This document shows positions 13,190-24,625 of a stretch of 64,000 nt of DNA, piece after piece. How positions within the stretch are numbered: position 1 is the stretch's first letter; every line of letters starts with the position of its first letter. The stretch lies in NCBI GenBank assembly GCA_965112155.1, contig OZ218100.1; one strand, given 5' to 3'. The notes beneath the pieces are model-generated. The model made no database searches. It was not told where the DNA came from and was given only the letters and a program-made list of their open reading frames with translations. The translations under genes were made by a program, and so were the position numbers. The stretch comes from Podarcis liolepis (taxonomy: Eukaryota).

Positions 13190-15107
13190 GTGTAAATGGG
13201 CTAATAAACGCTATTTCTTAAAGCATGGCAGCCTCCACCGTGTCTTCTATTCTTCAAAGGGACACAGATCCTGTGTGCGCGCCTCTGACCCCATGCACTC
13301 TGGCCACAGCCTGGCAGAGAGAAGGGGCAGGCGCCAGGCTTTTGTAACAATACAAAAGAGATGAATTCTTCATCTGATTTCAAAGTCCACATTTGTATGA
13401 CAGCCTTGGCCAAAAATATTTATGTATTTATTTTTTTATTTGATGGAGATAATTCACTTTTTATGAAGCAATAAGAAGACGAAGAAATATTTGAATATTT
13501 GAATTCTAGCACACACCACTTTTTTCCACCTAGGCATGATAAGCAGTCCTTGCCAATTTTTTGGCATGACAGCTATGTGCCCTCCTGTATTTCAGGCTAA
13601 CCTGGCCATTCTAAGACTTATTGGAAACATTTAATCAAAGGGGAACTGAAGGATGTACAGCTTTGCAAGCAAACATCTCAAGTAAATGTGTTAAGTAAAG
13701 TTATGAACTCATCTATTTTAAGTGGGTTAATGGCATAATAAATAAGGCCACTGTTTGATTAGAAATGTTATCTAGTAATTTGGGCATACAGTAATAACAC
13801 CTTCGGCCCCAAGATACTGGCAACTAATCAGTGAGTGAAAACTACATGGCCACTCTGAAGACAAACCCATCCCCTAGACAATGTGTAATGTGACAACAGA
13901 TTAATGCCACTCAGAATGATTATCCATCCAGTCAAAAATAATTACCAATGTCTAATCAGAAGACATTACCATCTAATTTCGCTTGATACCTTGTTCTCAT
14001 TTGAGGTTTTGTAGAGAGAATATATCAAGGAGTTATAAACACTTAACTTCTGTGACTTGCTTGTGATTTTTGGCAGCTGGGCTCGGGGTCTGGCAGAAAA
14101 GGCTTCTCAGGGAGAGAATTTGAAGGTGCAATTTTAATTAATGGCCCATCTGTTAATCTCGTTGCCTTTGCCCAGGTACTTAGCCTTGGCTTTATTTTGT
14201 ATTTCCCTCAGAATCTGTCCATTGCCAGAATCTGCTGTGCTTTTCTGCTACAACATTCCCAAAGTTCTTTCTTTTCTACATTCTTACTTGCCAATTTCTG
14301 GTTCATACGGTCCACCTTTTCATTAAATAAAATATATTCTGTTCCTTATTTGGAAATGAATTAGCATTGACATCAGCAATTCCAGAAGATCTGAATCAAC
14401 TATCCTCTAAATTATGTGACAGGATAGCTGAAGGTGCTTACTTAATGACCTTGAGTGCTGGTGGGTACTATCTTCCTGAGGACAAACTTCCTTCAGTGGG
14501 ACAGGAAGGAAACAGTTTGGTAGTTTGATTGTGGCCAGCAAATGAGAGCACAGCCTGAGCTTAGTATGCTGTGGTACTGAGAAAACTTGAAAAGTATTTT
14601 CACGGACAATAGAGACTCTTCTGTATTTGTAAATAAACAAATATTACAGCCACGCCGTATTCTTTTCTCACCAGAAACAATGCAAAAAAAAGTCTGTCCC
14701 TGAAATGCAAACTAGCATTGTTATAGTATACAGAAAGACTCCTCTCTTCAATGGAAAACATTTCTGCTCCAATGCAAAACTGAGAATATATTTTAAGGTA
14801 AAGATATTCCAGGAACTTATAATACATCAGATCAGTCGAAAGCAAGAGTTTCTGGATGGGGCTATGCCAAAGTGTATTAGCACTCCATTCAAGTTTGGCA
14901 GGATTGGAGGAATTTTTTCTCATTTTTGCTGAGATATTAGGAGGGCAGAGAAAATTAGGTGATGGAAATACAACTTTTGACCTTCAATACAGGTTGTATT
15001 GTGTCAGAGAAGATGTCATAAAGCTGGGAAAGAAGACAATTGAGGCTTTTTACTTCTGTATAGCCTCCTGCTCAAATGATGTGGTTTCAATTTGCCCTAC
15101 TCTCTCT

Positions 15108-15416
15108 GTTGGGTTGCTGGCACCCGTCTGTCTCAGGAGACAATGGAGTAGTGTGCATTTGAAGGTGAGGTCAAGCTGTTGGAGGCTTGCAGCGCCTGCC
15201 GTGGCTGCAAATACCAATGCGGAAGAGACATGTTTTGTTGCAGCTGGGGCAGATGAAGGCATCCAATTGTGCTGCTGCAGATGCACCATGGCGTTTCTTC
15301 TCCCTGCTCTCTTCCCAGCAGTCATTTCTCCTCTGGTTGCTGCTATGGATACACGACTTGGTTGCTTGTCTCCAGGCACTGTGGTCATCTGCAAGGGAAG
15401 GGTTGACGTTGCCGGC
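15108..15416 (-). mobile_element. RTE-clade LINE 3' end (ORF C-terminus plus 3' UTR)
   Basis: Minus frame 15416-15171 reads AGNVNPSLADDHSAWRQATKSCIHSSNQRRNDCWEESREKKRHGASAAAQLDAFICPSCNKTCLFRIGICSHGRRCKPPTA*. This has the RTE C-terminal 'LAxDRxxWR' motif and a CxxC...H zinc-finger-like motif. Confidence 0.85.
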
Positions 15417-15777
15417 CTACTCTGAGCTCCAAGCACCCATTGAAGCAGGCGGCCCATGGCAGGTCAGCACTTTATTGACTGGGGACTGCCCAGTAGCTGA
15501 CCAGTGAAACACAATGATCTCTCACACCAAAGGAGGCACCCCATAGTGCTTGTACCTTACGCCAATCTGGATGAACTTGAAAGAACTCTATTTTAAATGG
15601 CATTTTCATTGAACAGAAGCCAGTCTGTTCTGCACTACTGAGTTCAGGTTGGATGATGCAAGGGAACCTGCATTGGACTAACTCATCCCAGCCAGATACT
15701 TTGTCTGGCAGCAGCAGCAGGATGAAAGTCAGACAGGCAAGGCTATGTTATGATCAGTTTTCTTTCTTTGTGCAGGT

Positions 15778-15960
15778 ATAAGGAAAGGCTTATTCTGAGT
15801 CAGACCACTGGTCCACCTAGTTCAGTGCTGCTGATACAGATTGACAGCAGGTATCTAGGGTTTCAGGAAGCGTTTTCTCCCAGCCCTACTTAGAGATGTA
15901 GGAGATAGAACCTGGTACTTTCTGCATGCAGAGCAGATGCTCTGCCGCTGAGCAAAGGCC
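15778..15960 (-). mobile_element. tRNA-headed SINE with CR1-like tail (Squam2-like)
   Basis: Minus strand reads GCTCAGCGGCAGAGCATCTGCTCTGCATGCAGAAAGTACCAGGTTCTATCTCC (A/B boxes), with a GGACCAGTGGTCTGACTCAG tail. Confidence 0.75.
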
Positions 15961-16352
15961 TTAGCAAATAGATGCTTAGTCTTCAATTTGTGTGCCTTGT
16001 ATTGAGATCCAGAGACAGGACTAGGGATTCTGCTGTTAATCTACATGTGCAGTAGATTCCTTGGTGGAGGTAGTCTCTGCCTGTTGCCCGCAGGCTTTCA
16101 CTGCTGAGAGATTTCAAGATGCACCTCTTCTTTACTTTGCTAATTCTTATTGCTACATTTATTTTTGTTCGTAGTCTCTTGGAATATGCCTCAAGGTTTG
16201 GGACGTGGCTTTAAATAAATAATATTTCCCCATAGGATCTCCCCACCGTCTGACATAATCTTTACTAGTTGGCAAGACCCGAGGTAAAGTTTTCTGCATT
16301 AGGAATGCAAGGATGCATCAATGTAAAGAATGTGTATTGCAGGAAGGTATTA

Positions 16353-16594
16353 CAGTGGTACCTCAGGTTACATACGCTTCAGGTTACATACGCTTCAGGA
16401 TACAGACTCTGCTAACCCAGAAATAGTGCTTCAGGTTAAGAACTTTGCTTCAGGATGAGAACAGAAATTGTGCTCTGGCAGTGCGGCAGCAGCAGGAGGC
16501 CCCATTAGCTAAAGTGGTGCTTCAGGTTAAGAACAGTTTCAGGTTAAGTACAGACCTCCGGAACGAATTAAGTACTTAACCTGAGGTACCACTG
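16353..16594 (+). mobile_element. Tc1/mariner MITE, family A copy 3
   Basis: TA-CAGTGGTACCTCAGGTTA...TAACCTGAGGTACCACTG-TA, a perfect 18-bp TIR. Confidence 0.93.
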
Positions 16595-17339
16595 TAGTTT
16601 TCATAGAGACACAAGTCCTAAAGTTGTAAAAATGATACGTCTGTCTTTTTTTTATTCATTTGGTTCGGTTCAGTTAGATGGCATTTCAGGGTCGGCTGTT
16701 TGTTCACTAATTTGTAAATAATAATGAAGAAAACAGATCTAAAAACAAGAGGGCGAGATTTACAAATACTGTTACGAGACCTTCAGAGTCCAGGAAACTC
16801 TATTTTTGTATGTACAGATGTTAACTGCAACATTTTGCTCAAATGCGTGCCTGAGTAGGTGCCTTCCAGTTGAATCTGTGAGGTTTTTAGATGGGGGAAA
16901 ATGAAAGAATGTGTCAGATCTGTAAGCAACAGGCATGCTGTCCTGTGGTAATGAATGCTATTAGAGCGAGAGTACAGCTGTTGGGAGCCTGTGGAATCCT
17001 GCACTTAGGACTGTGTGACACTTGCTGAGGGCTCCAATGATATAAGGTTTAGAAGCTAAATTGAAACCACAGCAGAATACCTGGTTGAGGGGAATTGGAA
17101 TATGTTTGTGGTAATGGCATTGTAACAATTTTTGGGGGACTGATCAACAGTGACATTTGCGAAAACAACAGCAACAAACTCCCATGGCACCTTAAAGACA
17201 GACATAAACATGGTGTGCCAGGAGCTTCTGCTAGGAAGACATGGCCTATCTCACATTGTATCCGGTCTTTGCTACAGCTGGGGCTTCGTTTTGATTTAAA
17301 TAAAACTTAATCAGTTGAATTGTATTACTGAAGGAATTG

Positions 17340-17432
17340 AGGCAGCAATCTTATACACTTACTGGGGAGTAAATCCCATTAAACCCAGGGTGGCTTTCTT
17401 CTGAGTAAACTTGTTTCACACTGCATTGCACT
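17340..17432. repeat. Short (~90 bp) quasi-palindromic MITE-like repeat, representative copy
   Basis: GCAATCTTATACACTTACTGGGGAGTAAATCCCATT...CTTCTGAGTAAAC. Many diverged relatives occur across the window. Confidence 0.6.
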
Positions 17433-17674
17433 GTGTCTGCATAGTTTGCATATAAATAAAGTAGTGCTTTTGAAATAAAAATGTCATCTTAGATATATAG
17501 AAATATATCTTTCAACATTGCACTGGCTATCCAGCTACACTACAGCCAGTGCAATCTTGAAAGATGTATTTTCTCCTCATACACATCTTAGAATTGCCTT
17601 CTTAGAATTGGTAGGATAAAATGCTTTCTTTTTTAAAAAAATATCTAAACTTCAAAACCATAGATGCTTAACTA

Positions 17675-17905
17675 CAGTGGTATCTCGGGTTACAGGCGCT
17701 TCAGGTTACAGACGCTTCAGGTTACAGACTCTGCTAACCCAGAAATAGTACCTCGGGTTAAGAACTTTGCTTCAGGATGAGAACAGAAATTGTGTGGCGG
17801 CAGCAGGAGGCCCCATTAGCTAAAGTGGTACCTCAGGTTAAGAACAGTTTCAGGTTAAGAACGGACCTCCAGAACGAATTAAGTTCTTAACCTGAGGTAC
17901 CACTG
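17675..17905 (+). mobile_element. Tc1/mariner MITE, family A copy 4
   Basis: TA-CAGTGGTATCTCGGGTTA...GAGGTACCACTG-TA. Confidence 0.92.
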
Positions 17906-19229
17906 TATTTTGTTTTATATTTTTATATTTATGTGTTATTAGAACAAATATATGTTAATTAAAAATGGATTCAGAGTTTCTGGGCTGGTGGGATGCCTCA
18001 AACTTCTCAGAGGAGACCCATTGAAATTAATAGACCTAATCAGTAAGACTTATAGTAGTTGCACACTACTCCATGGCTCATCGGCCACTTCAGAAAGTGC
18101 CACCCCCCCCCCAAAAAAAAAAATGGAAATGACTTTTTAATTGTAATTAACAACAGGCTTTGCAGCCACTTACCTGTGCTGGATATTGCACCTCTGAGGA
18201 AGCGTTGAAAGTTATCCAAAAATCTTCACAGAGAAATGAAAATAAAGGGAACACTGTGTCTCTGCATAAAACCTCTTTTGATCTCTCGCAGAATGCACTT
18301 TAAAAGGTGTTTTGAAGTCAAACAAACAATGCAAGGTAGGCTAAAGTTTATCAGTTCCACTAACTATTTGTCTGGGGACAGGTGGTGGTAGGAAACTCTT
18401 GGAAAAAAATTCAGAAGTGATTTATTGCCTTAAGAGTTAAAGTAGGTCACGTTTCTGTTTTCCTTCCCCTTTTTCTTTTTCCTGTTTCCAAAGAAACACA
18501 TGGGCTCTGGCTTTTATAAAGAAATCCCGAGTACAGTGTGACTAGTTATTTATAAGGAGGTGAAGTAAGCTTGTTGCTAGCAGCTAGAAAGGGATAGACA
18601 GAGCAAGCAATCTTTCTTTCTCCGGCAAGTGCTCTGAGATTCTCTTTGACGCTGATTGGACATGACACCTGGTACGGTAAACAAATGTTAGAATCGTTAA
18701 GTTTTCTTGGCAAAATAAGTTTTTTTAAAAAGAGAGCCAATCCCATGTGGCATTTATCTGGTAACCCCGGGCCCAAGATGATCCACCATAATCACCATTT
18801 TGTGGGGCCGACTTTCCTCATCAATTATTGAACGCTGCAGATGAGGAAGCAATGTGAACCATGGAGAGAGACAGGGAAAGAGATGAAGATATCAATTCCT
18901 TCCCTGGCTAGCCTGTCAGGCTTTACAGGAGCTGACATGTGAATGATTTTTTGTTTTTGTTTTTGTTTAAAAAGGTGCAAAGTATTATATATGTGGCACA
19001 CGGTCTAACCTTTTACAGTTCTTCAAGACCTATGTTCTTGTACTGGGAGGTGGAGCTGGAATATACCTAGGGGGTGAGGAAGATTAAAATGTGTGCCAAT
19101 CCATCATCAGGTACGTAAATTCCTGACCTGCACTCGGAGGATCAGAAGCATGACCTCTGAATTGAGTCACAGGCTTGAAACAGGTAAGAGTTCCCCCAAG
19201 AGAGATGAAAGTGGAATGGTAGCAGAGAG

Positions 19230-19980
19230 CTGTTGATGGGAATGCAGTTCGTATTTTAATGTGAGCCTACCAAACCAGCACTTCCTAAACTGATACATGA
19301 ACTGAAACATAGTTGTTCAAAATTCACACTTCTCCAAATTTTTGATGGACTTTTCCAAGCAAAGAATGTGAGCACATATACACATATTATTGAAAAGGTC
19401 ACATGGGATTGCCTGTGCCATAGAAAATGTATATGACAGAAAGACTGAGGAATAGAGGAGAAACGGCTTGCAAAAAGGGGGGATATACATTTGCAAAAAG
19501 GTGTATAGTAGGATATGTGTATAGTAAGGTAAAGGTAAAGGGACCCCTGACCATTAAGTCCAGTCATGACTGACTCTGGGGTTGCGGCGCTCATCTCGCC
19601 TTATTGGCCGAGGGAGCTGGCGTACAGCTTCCGGGTCATGTGGCCAGCATGACTAAGCCGCTTCTGGCGAACCAGAGCAGCGCACGGAAACGCCATTTAC
19701 CTTCCCACCAGAGCGGTACCTATTTATCTACTTGCACTTTGACGTGCTTTTGAACTGCTAGGTTGGCAGGAGCAGGGACCGAGCAACGGGAGCTCACCCT
19801 GTCGCGGGGATTCGAACCGCCAGCCTTCTGATCGGCATGTCCTAGGATCTGTGGTTTAACCCACAGCGCCACCCGTGTCCCTTTATGTGTATAGTATATT
19901 TACACATAAAAATATGATGTGTGTTGAAGCAAATCAAATTTAAGGTTGTAAAAAATAGAAATTGAGAGAAATATCTTCTC
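19230..19980 (-). mobile_element. Old AT-rich DNA-transposon-like repeat (family H), interrupted by a Sauria SINE
   Basis: AAAATTCACACTTCTCCAAATTTT is the reverse complement of sequence at 46491-46514. Boundaries are approximate. Confidence 0.5.
19527..19883 (-). mobile_element. Sauria SINE
   Basis: 5' head GGGACACGGGTGGCGCTGTGGG, B-box GGTTCGAATCC, (ACCTTT)n tail. 13-bp TSD TATGTGTATAGTA at 19514-19526 and 19884-19896. Confidence 0.95.
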
Positions 19981-20839
19981 TTCCTTGTTTGTCCACCTTA
20001 TTCTATCCAGCTCCATCCTGCTCCTGCTGCTAAGGTCTTACTTGCCTCACACTGCTCCACCAGATGTTAATCCCTGGAGGCCCAAACCACAGAAGGGGGA
20101 AACCTGACAACCTCTGCTGCTGACATTTCATAAACCTGCAATATATATGGATTGCAGCCTCTACTCCTGACATCTCATGCTCCCAAGACAGATATAGTTG
20201 CAGTATTTGGTTAGTAATCCTTTAAAAACAAAGGATTTGACCATAACCAACCATTTCAGACATAGGAGTTATGGTAGCTCTATATTGCAATTATGTGGAC
20301 CAGGCACCTTATCTAAAATCTCCCACAGTATTTTCTACCCAAGCAAGAACTGAGCGTCATATGCACCTAGCAGTGTTATATTAACATAATAAAATGGGAA
20401 TAACATTTCACTGGGAACAAGCTATTTTTACAGCTTAAGCTATCTGCAATTGCCTTAACAGTTGGCATACTAAGTACACAAAGTTCGTCAAAAACTTGTG
20501 ATAGTAAAATATATTACTTTGCCTTGATTTAAGGCACAAATTGAAGGCTGCATTTAGAGAGTATAAGATACATTTCCCCCCTTTAAAATAATTATTTTAT
20601 TTTATGTCAAACTCTCAGATTGTCTTTTGAATTAGGGGGAGTTCTTTTAAAAAGCAGTTTGGAGTGTGGTATGGTTCAGCTCTGGGTCATGGTGAATAGC
20701 TTTATCCTTGCTTTCCTCAACAAGATATTCTTCAGATGGTGAATTTTTACAATTATTTTGTTATTAAAAGATGGATGGAATCTTGGTATACAACAAACTA
20801 CTTCCAGTAATAAAACGAAGACAATCTCTTTCATGCAAA

Positions 20840-21236
20840 TGCAAGGGCAGATGGGGCTCGTCAACTGGGAAGGTAACCTATCTAGGAGAAGGAAAACTCT
20901 GATCCTATACCTCCACTGCCTTGTGGGACATATTTGGGAGAAGAAAAGGCTAAGGTAAACCCTAAACAAATCTGGAGTGGAGTCCCTAAGACAGTTGAAT
21001 GGTGCCACCTCCTTCCAGCAACTCCTGATGCCAAACTGGTTCCAAATGCACCATTCTGCTTTCCTTTGGACCACATCAATTAGGCTGACAGTGGGGTCTT
21101 GTCATCTGGTCAGCCCAGTATCTCCATATCACTGCCTAGGCTTGCATCCTGGAGAGGTCACCAGTCCTACTAAAGCAGCGGTTCAACATCACCCCCATTG
21201 TCTCTCAAGACAGGCGAATGTCATCATCAACAACAT
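20840..21236 (+). mobile_element. Non-autonomous bipartite RTE-derived element
   Basis: 5' part TCTAGGAGAAGGAAAACTCTGAT...ACCTCCACTGCCTTG resembles RTE 5' UTRs. 3' end CCATTGTCTCTCAAGACAGGCGAATGTCA matches the RTE 3' end at 15113-15148. No ORF between them. Confidence 0.65.
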
Positions 21237-21571
21237 CTTTTACCCTCGCATTCTCTTACCAAATATCAGGACAATCCCAACCACGTCTACTCAAAAGTAA
21301 GTCCAATTGATTTCATTTTCTTTCTTTCTTTCTTTTATTTCACTTCAATTTGTATACCGCCTTTCTATATTTACAAGCTGAAGAAACAACAAAATAGACA
21401 GCAAGGACCACACACCTAATAACAATCTGATCCAATACATAAAAAGTCATAATAAAAACATAACTTTAAAATAAACAGCTTCTATCGAATAAAGCAATAT
21501 TCAATAATCAATTAGAATATCATAGTAAACAGTAAAATTAAATACCAGCAGATAACAGCCTCCCCCTAAAG

Positions 21572-21648
21572 CATAGCTGTCAACGTTCCCTTTTTTTAAG
21601 CGAAATTCTCTTTTTCCTCATAAGAAAAGGGAGATGTTGACAGCTATG
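21572..21648. mobile_element. 77-bp hAT-type mini-MITE
   Basis: Perfect 13-bp TIR CATAGCTGTCAAC / GTTGACAGCTATG. Perfect 8-bp TSD CCCTAAAG (21564-21571, 21649-21656). Confidence 0.88.
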
Positions 21649-22746
21649 CCCTAAAGAATCCCAACAAATTCTTCCTCACCAGCTACTTTTATTGTTCAAT
21701 CAAGGAGACCCTTCCTGTACTTGTTAAAAAATAAATTAGCAGAAGTAACAGCATCACACTTGAGGAAATACTTCCTAACAGAGCCAAGAACTCCACAATG
21801 ACAACAATTTCAATTGTTCATGGAGGTTATGAAGACTAAAGTTGTATCCAGCTAAATTCCACTTAGAAGAGGCAAATTTAAATTAATGAACCTCAGTTAG
21901 TCATGTCCATTGTTTTTCAATGGGTCTGCTCTGAATATGACTAACACTGAACACAGCCCAGTAGATAAAGCTTTTTGGTAAGGTTTGCTTTCTTTGTTTA
22001 AAACATGTTTCTACTAGCCTGCATTAAATCTGATTCCAGAGAAGTTCACAAAAAATGTTACACTTCAACCAGGGAAGAGAATGACAACAAGGACAGGGAA
22101 AATGGCAAGCTTTTGGTTATTGGATCACACCACAGTACTATGTAATTAAATTATGAAAGGTCATGAATATGGCTTTCAGACATACCGGTAATTCCAGCCA
22201 AGCACCTTTTATTTAGAAATTAACTACTACAATATGGCAAAAAGATATTGAATAAATTGATTTTTACGGTGACAAATTTTATTAGACATAAATGAATTTG
22301 CATCATGTTTCCTCCATCTTCAGCATAGAGAAACCTCAAGCAGCTTACACCAGAAAGCACAGAACAGCCAATAAAACAATAATAATCCCCGAATTAGCAA
22401 ATCAACACAGTACAAAACCCATCAATAAGTCTAAAAGTGAACAAAGAGCCAGGACTAAACCAAAAGAAATGTTTGTGCATCAATTAAATGAAAAAGTATG
22501 TTGGGAAGGAGAAGTCCAAGGAACAAAGGAGCACTAACAGTGGGGTGTGGGAGCCAATATGGCCTCTCCTTCCAAATACTTCCACATAGGGGGTGCTGCT
22601 ATAGAAAAGGTACATCAAGAGGCTCCTACCAGCAGTACCTTAAAAAACAATTATCAGATGACTGCAAAGAGCAAACTTGTTGCCAAAAAGCAAACATCAA
22701 ATTTTTTTAAGTGTCATGGAACATTTATTTTTGGTTGTCAGGGGAT

Positions 22747-22748
<2 letters not shown>

Positions 22749-22790
<42 letters not shown>
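22749..22790. repeat. (GT)21 microsatellite
   Basis: Direct reading. Confidence 0.97.
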
Positions 22791-22794
<4 letters not shown>

Positions 22795-24139
22795 CTCAGC
22801 CTCTCAAAAAGCAAGGCATTTATTTCCATAAAATAGAAATAACAGATTGTTTCAGTCTCACAAATAAATGAAATGACTTAATTTGAGCCAAGGCCACCAG
22901 AGATTAGCACTAGGCTTTACTTTTAATGCCATGGATTGGCCCCAGATCTGTTCCCTTTGACCATGTGCGCAGTCTCACCACATATCACAGAGTCACCAAA
23001 ATCTGCCTCTAAACAATCTGGTATTATAACATCTTCCAAAAACTCAGGCAGGCTTTTCTGAGCTCTAATGTGCACCGTTTAAATTCAACTGGGGAGTATC
23101 TGAGGGAGCCCCATTATGATCCTGGCTGCTTTGCCTCTCTCTGCGCTGCAGCCGAGCAACAAGTCCCTCCCCCACAGCTGGCTCCCATGAAGCAGTGACT
23201 GTGTGTGACTTCACAAGGCTGAGTTGGGAAAGAAAAGCCAGATAGTTAATAGCCAGTCATTATTTTAGCTCCCAAAAGTTGGACTGAAGGTGGGGGCGGG
23301 ACAGAGCTGCTGTGTGGATGGAGCTGTCTGAATAAATTCCAGGGGGAGATTTTATCAGCCTGAGTCATTATATGACTCCCATCCACAATGGCTGACGTAC
23401 TGTTTTGAGTCTGATTTGGAGAAGCAAAGCAAAGAAGGGGATGGTTTTGCCTTTGATTTGTATTTCTCATTTTCTTTCAGCAGAGGTTGATCCATTTTGC
23501 AAGCTCCATTTGCCTTCAGCAGCCCCCCCCCCATCTGCTTACCACCTACAATCAGTCTAGAGGGTGGCACTGACTCTCAGCCTCAGTAGGTCCCAGCAGG
23601 GAGGACGGTAGGGACAAAACTGGAACTAGTTGGCTCTGCCTTTCATTGGCTCTATCTCTGCCAGTCTTTTGCCCCCCCCCCCTTGCTGGACTCACTGCCT
23701 TCCAACCTACCAGTCCTAATAGGCACCAGCCTGCAGTGTTCTCTTCCCCTCCAGATATGGGTGAGTTCTGTACTTTAGTCCATAAACACAGGGAGGGGAC
23801 TATTATGAGTGATAATAATTTATCATAGACAGGGACAGACCTTTGACACCTTCCCCCAGACCCTTGTGGCTTGAGTGGGATGAACAAGACAACAGGCTTT
23901 GGGAAGGAAGTGTGAGGCTCTGGCAGGGTCCTAGAGCCCTCCCACCTCCTTCTCAAAGCCTGGTGAGTGTTTGTGCTTGACTTTGGGAATGAGGCAGGAG
24001 GACTCTAGAAGCCTATCAGAGCCCCGAAACCTCCTTCCCAAAGCCAAACAAGAGCTTGCTGGGCTTTGAGAAGGCACCCTCCTCTGCTGCCAGCCCACTG
24101 CCTGCACCACTCATACTGCCCTAAATCCGCCTCTGTCAT

Positions 24140-24320
24140 AGATAGGAATATAGAGATCTGCCTTATACCACATCAATCCAACTAGCAATGTATTGTCTGC
24201 TCTGTCTGGAAGTGGCTTTCCAGAATTCAAGACAACGAGCATTCCCAGACCAACCTAAAATTGCACTAGGACCTTCTGTATACGAAGCAGAAGCTTTACC
24301 ACTGGGCTATGATCCTTCCC
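24140..24320 (-). mobile_element. Degenerate tRNA-headed CR1-tail SINE (Squam2-like)
   Basis: GGACCTTCTGTATACGAAGCAGAAGCTTTACCACTGGGCTATG is the antisense tRNA-like head. ATAGGAA...CTGCCTTATACC is the antisense tail. Confidence 0.6.
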
Positions 24321-24489
24321 CAATTAATTAAAAATAATTTGAAAAAGAGAAAAGAGAAAATATATATTCCATCAAATCCACTCTGTTCTATGATATGTGC
24401 AATAATGAGACATGTAGGCAACCAAATGTTACCACTGTACAAATCACCTTAATTGATTCAACAGACATCTGCATGGGTATGCCTTAATA

Positions 24490-24625
24490 CAGGCATAGGC
24501 AAACTCTGCCCTCCAGATGTTTTTTGCCTACAACTCCCATGATCCCTAGCTAACAGGACCAGTGGTCAGGGATGATGGGAATTGTAGTCCCAAAACATCT
24601 GGAGGGCCGAGTTTGCCAATGCCTG
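24490..24625. mobile_element. hAT-Charlie-type palindromic MITE (136 bp)
   Basis: TIR CAGGCATAGGCAAACTC / GAGTTTGCCAATGCCTG with long internal dyad symmetry. Perfect 8-bp TSD CCTTAATA (24482-24489, 24626-24633). Confidence 0.92.

Noticed and set aside
14856-15425. Longest ORF (189 aa, +) as a host gene
   Set aside because: It is largely antisense to the RTE LINE 3' end and shows no recognisable protein family.
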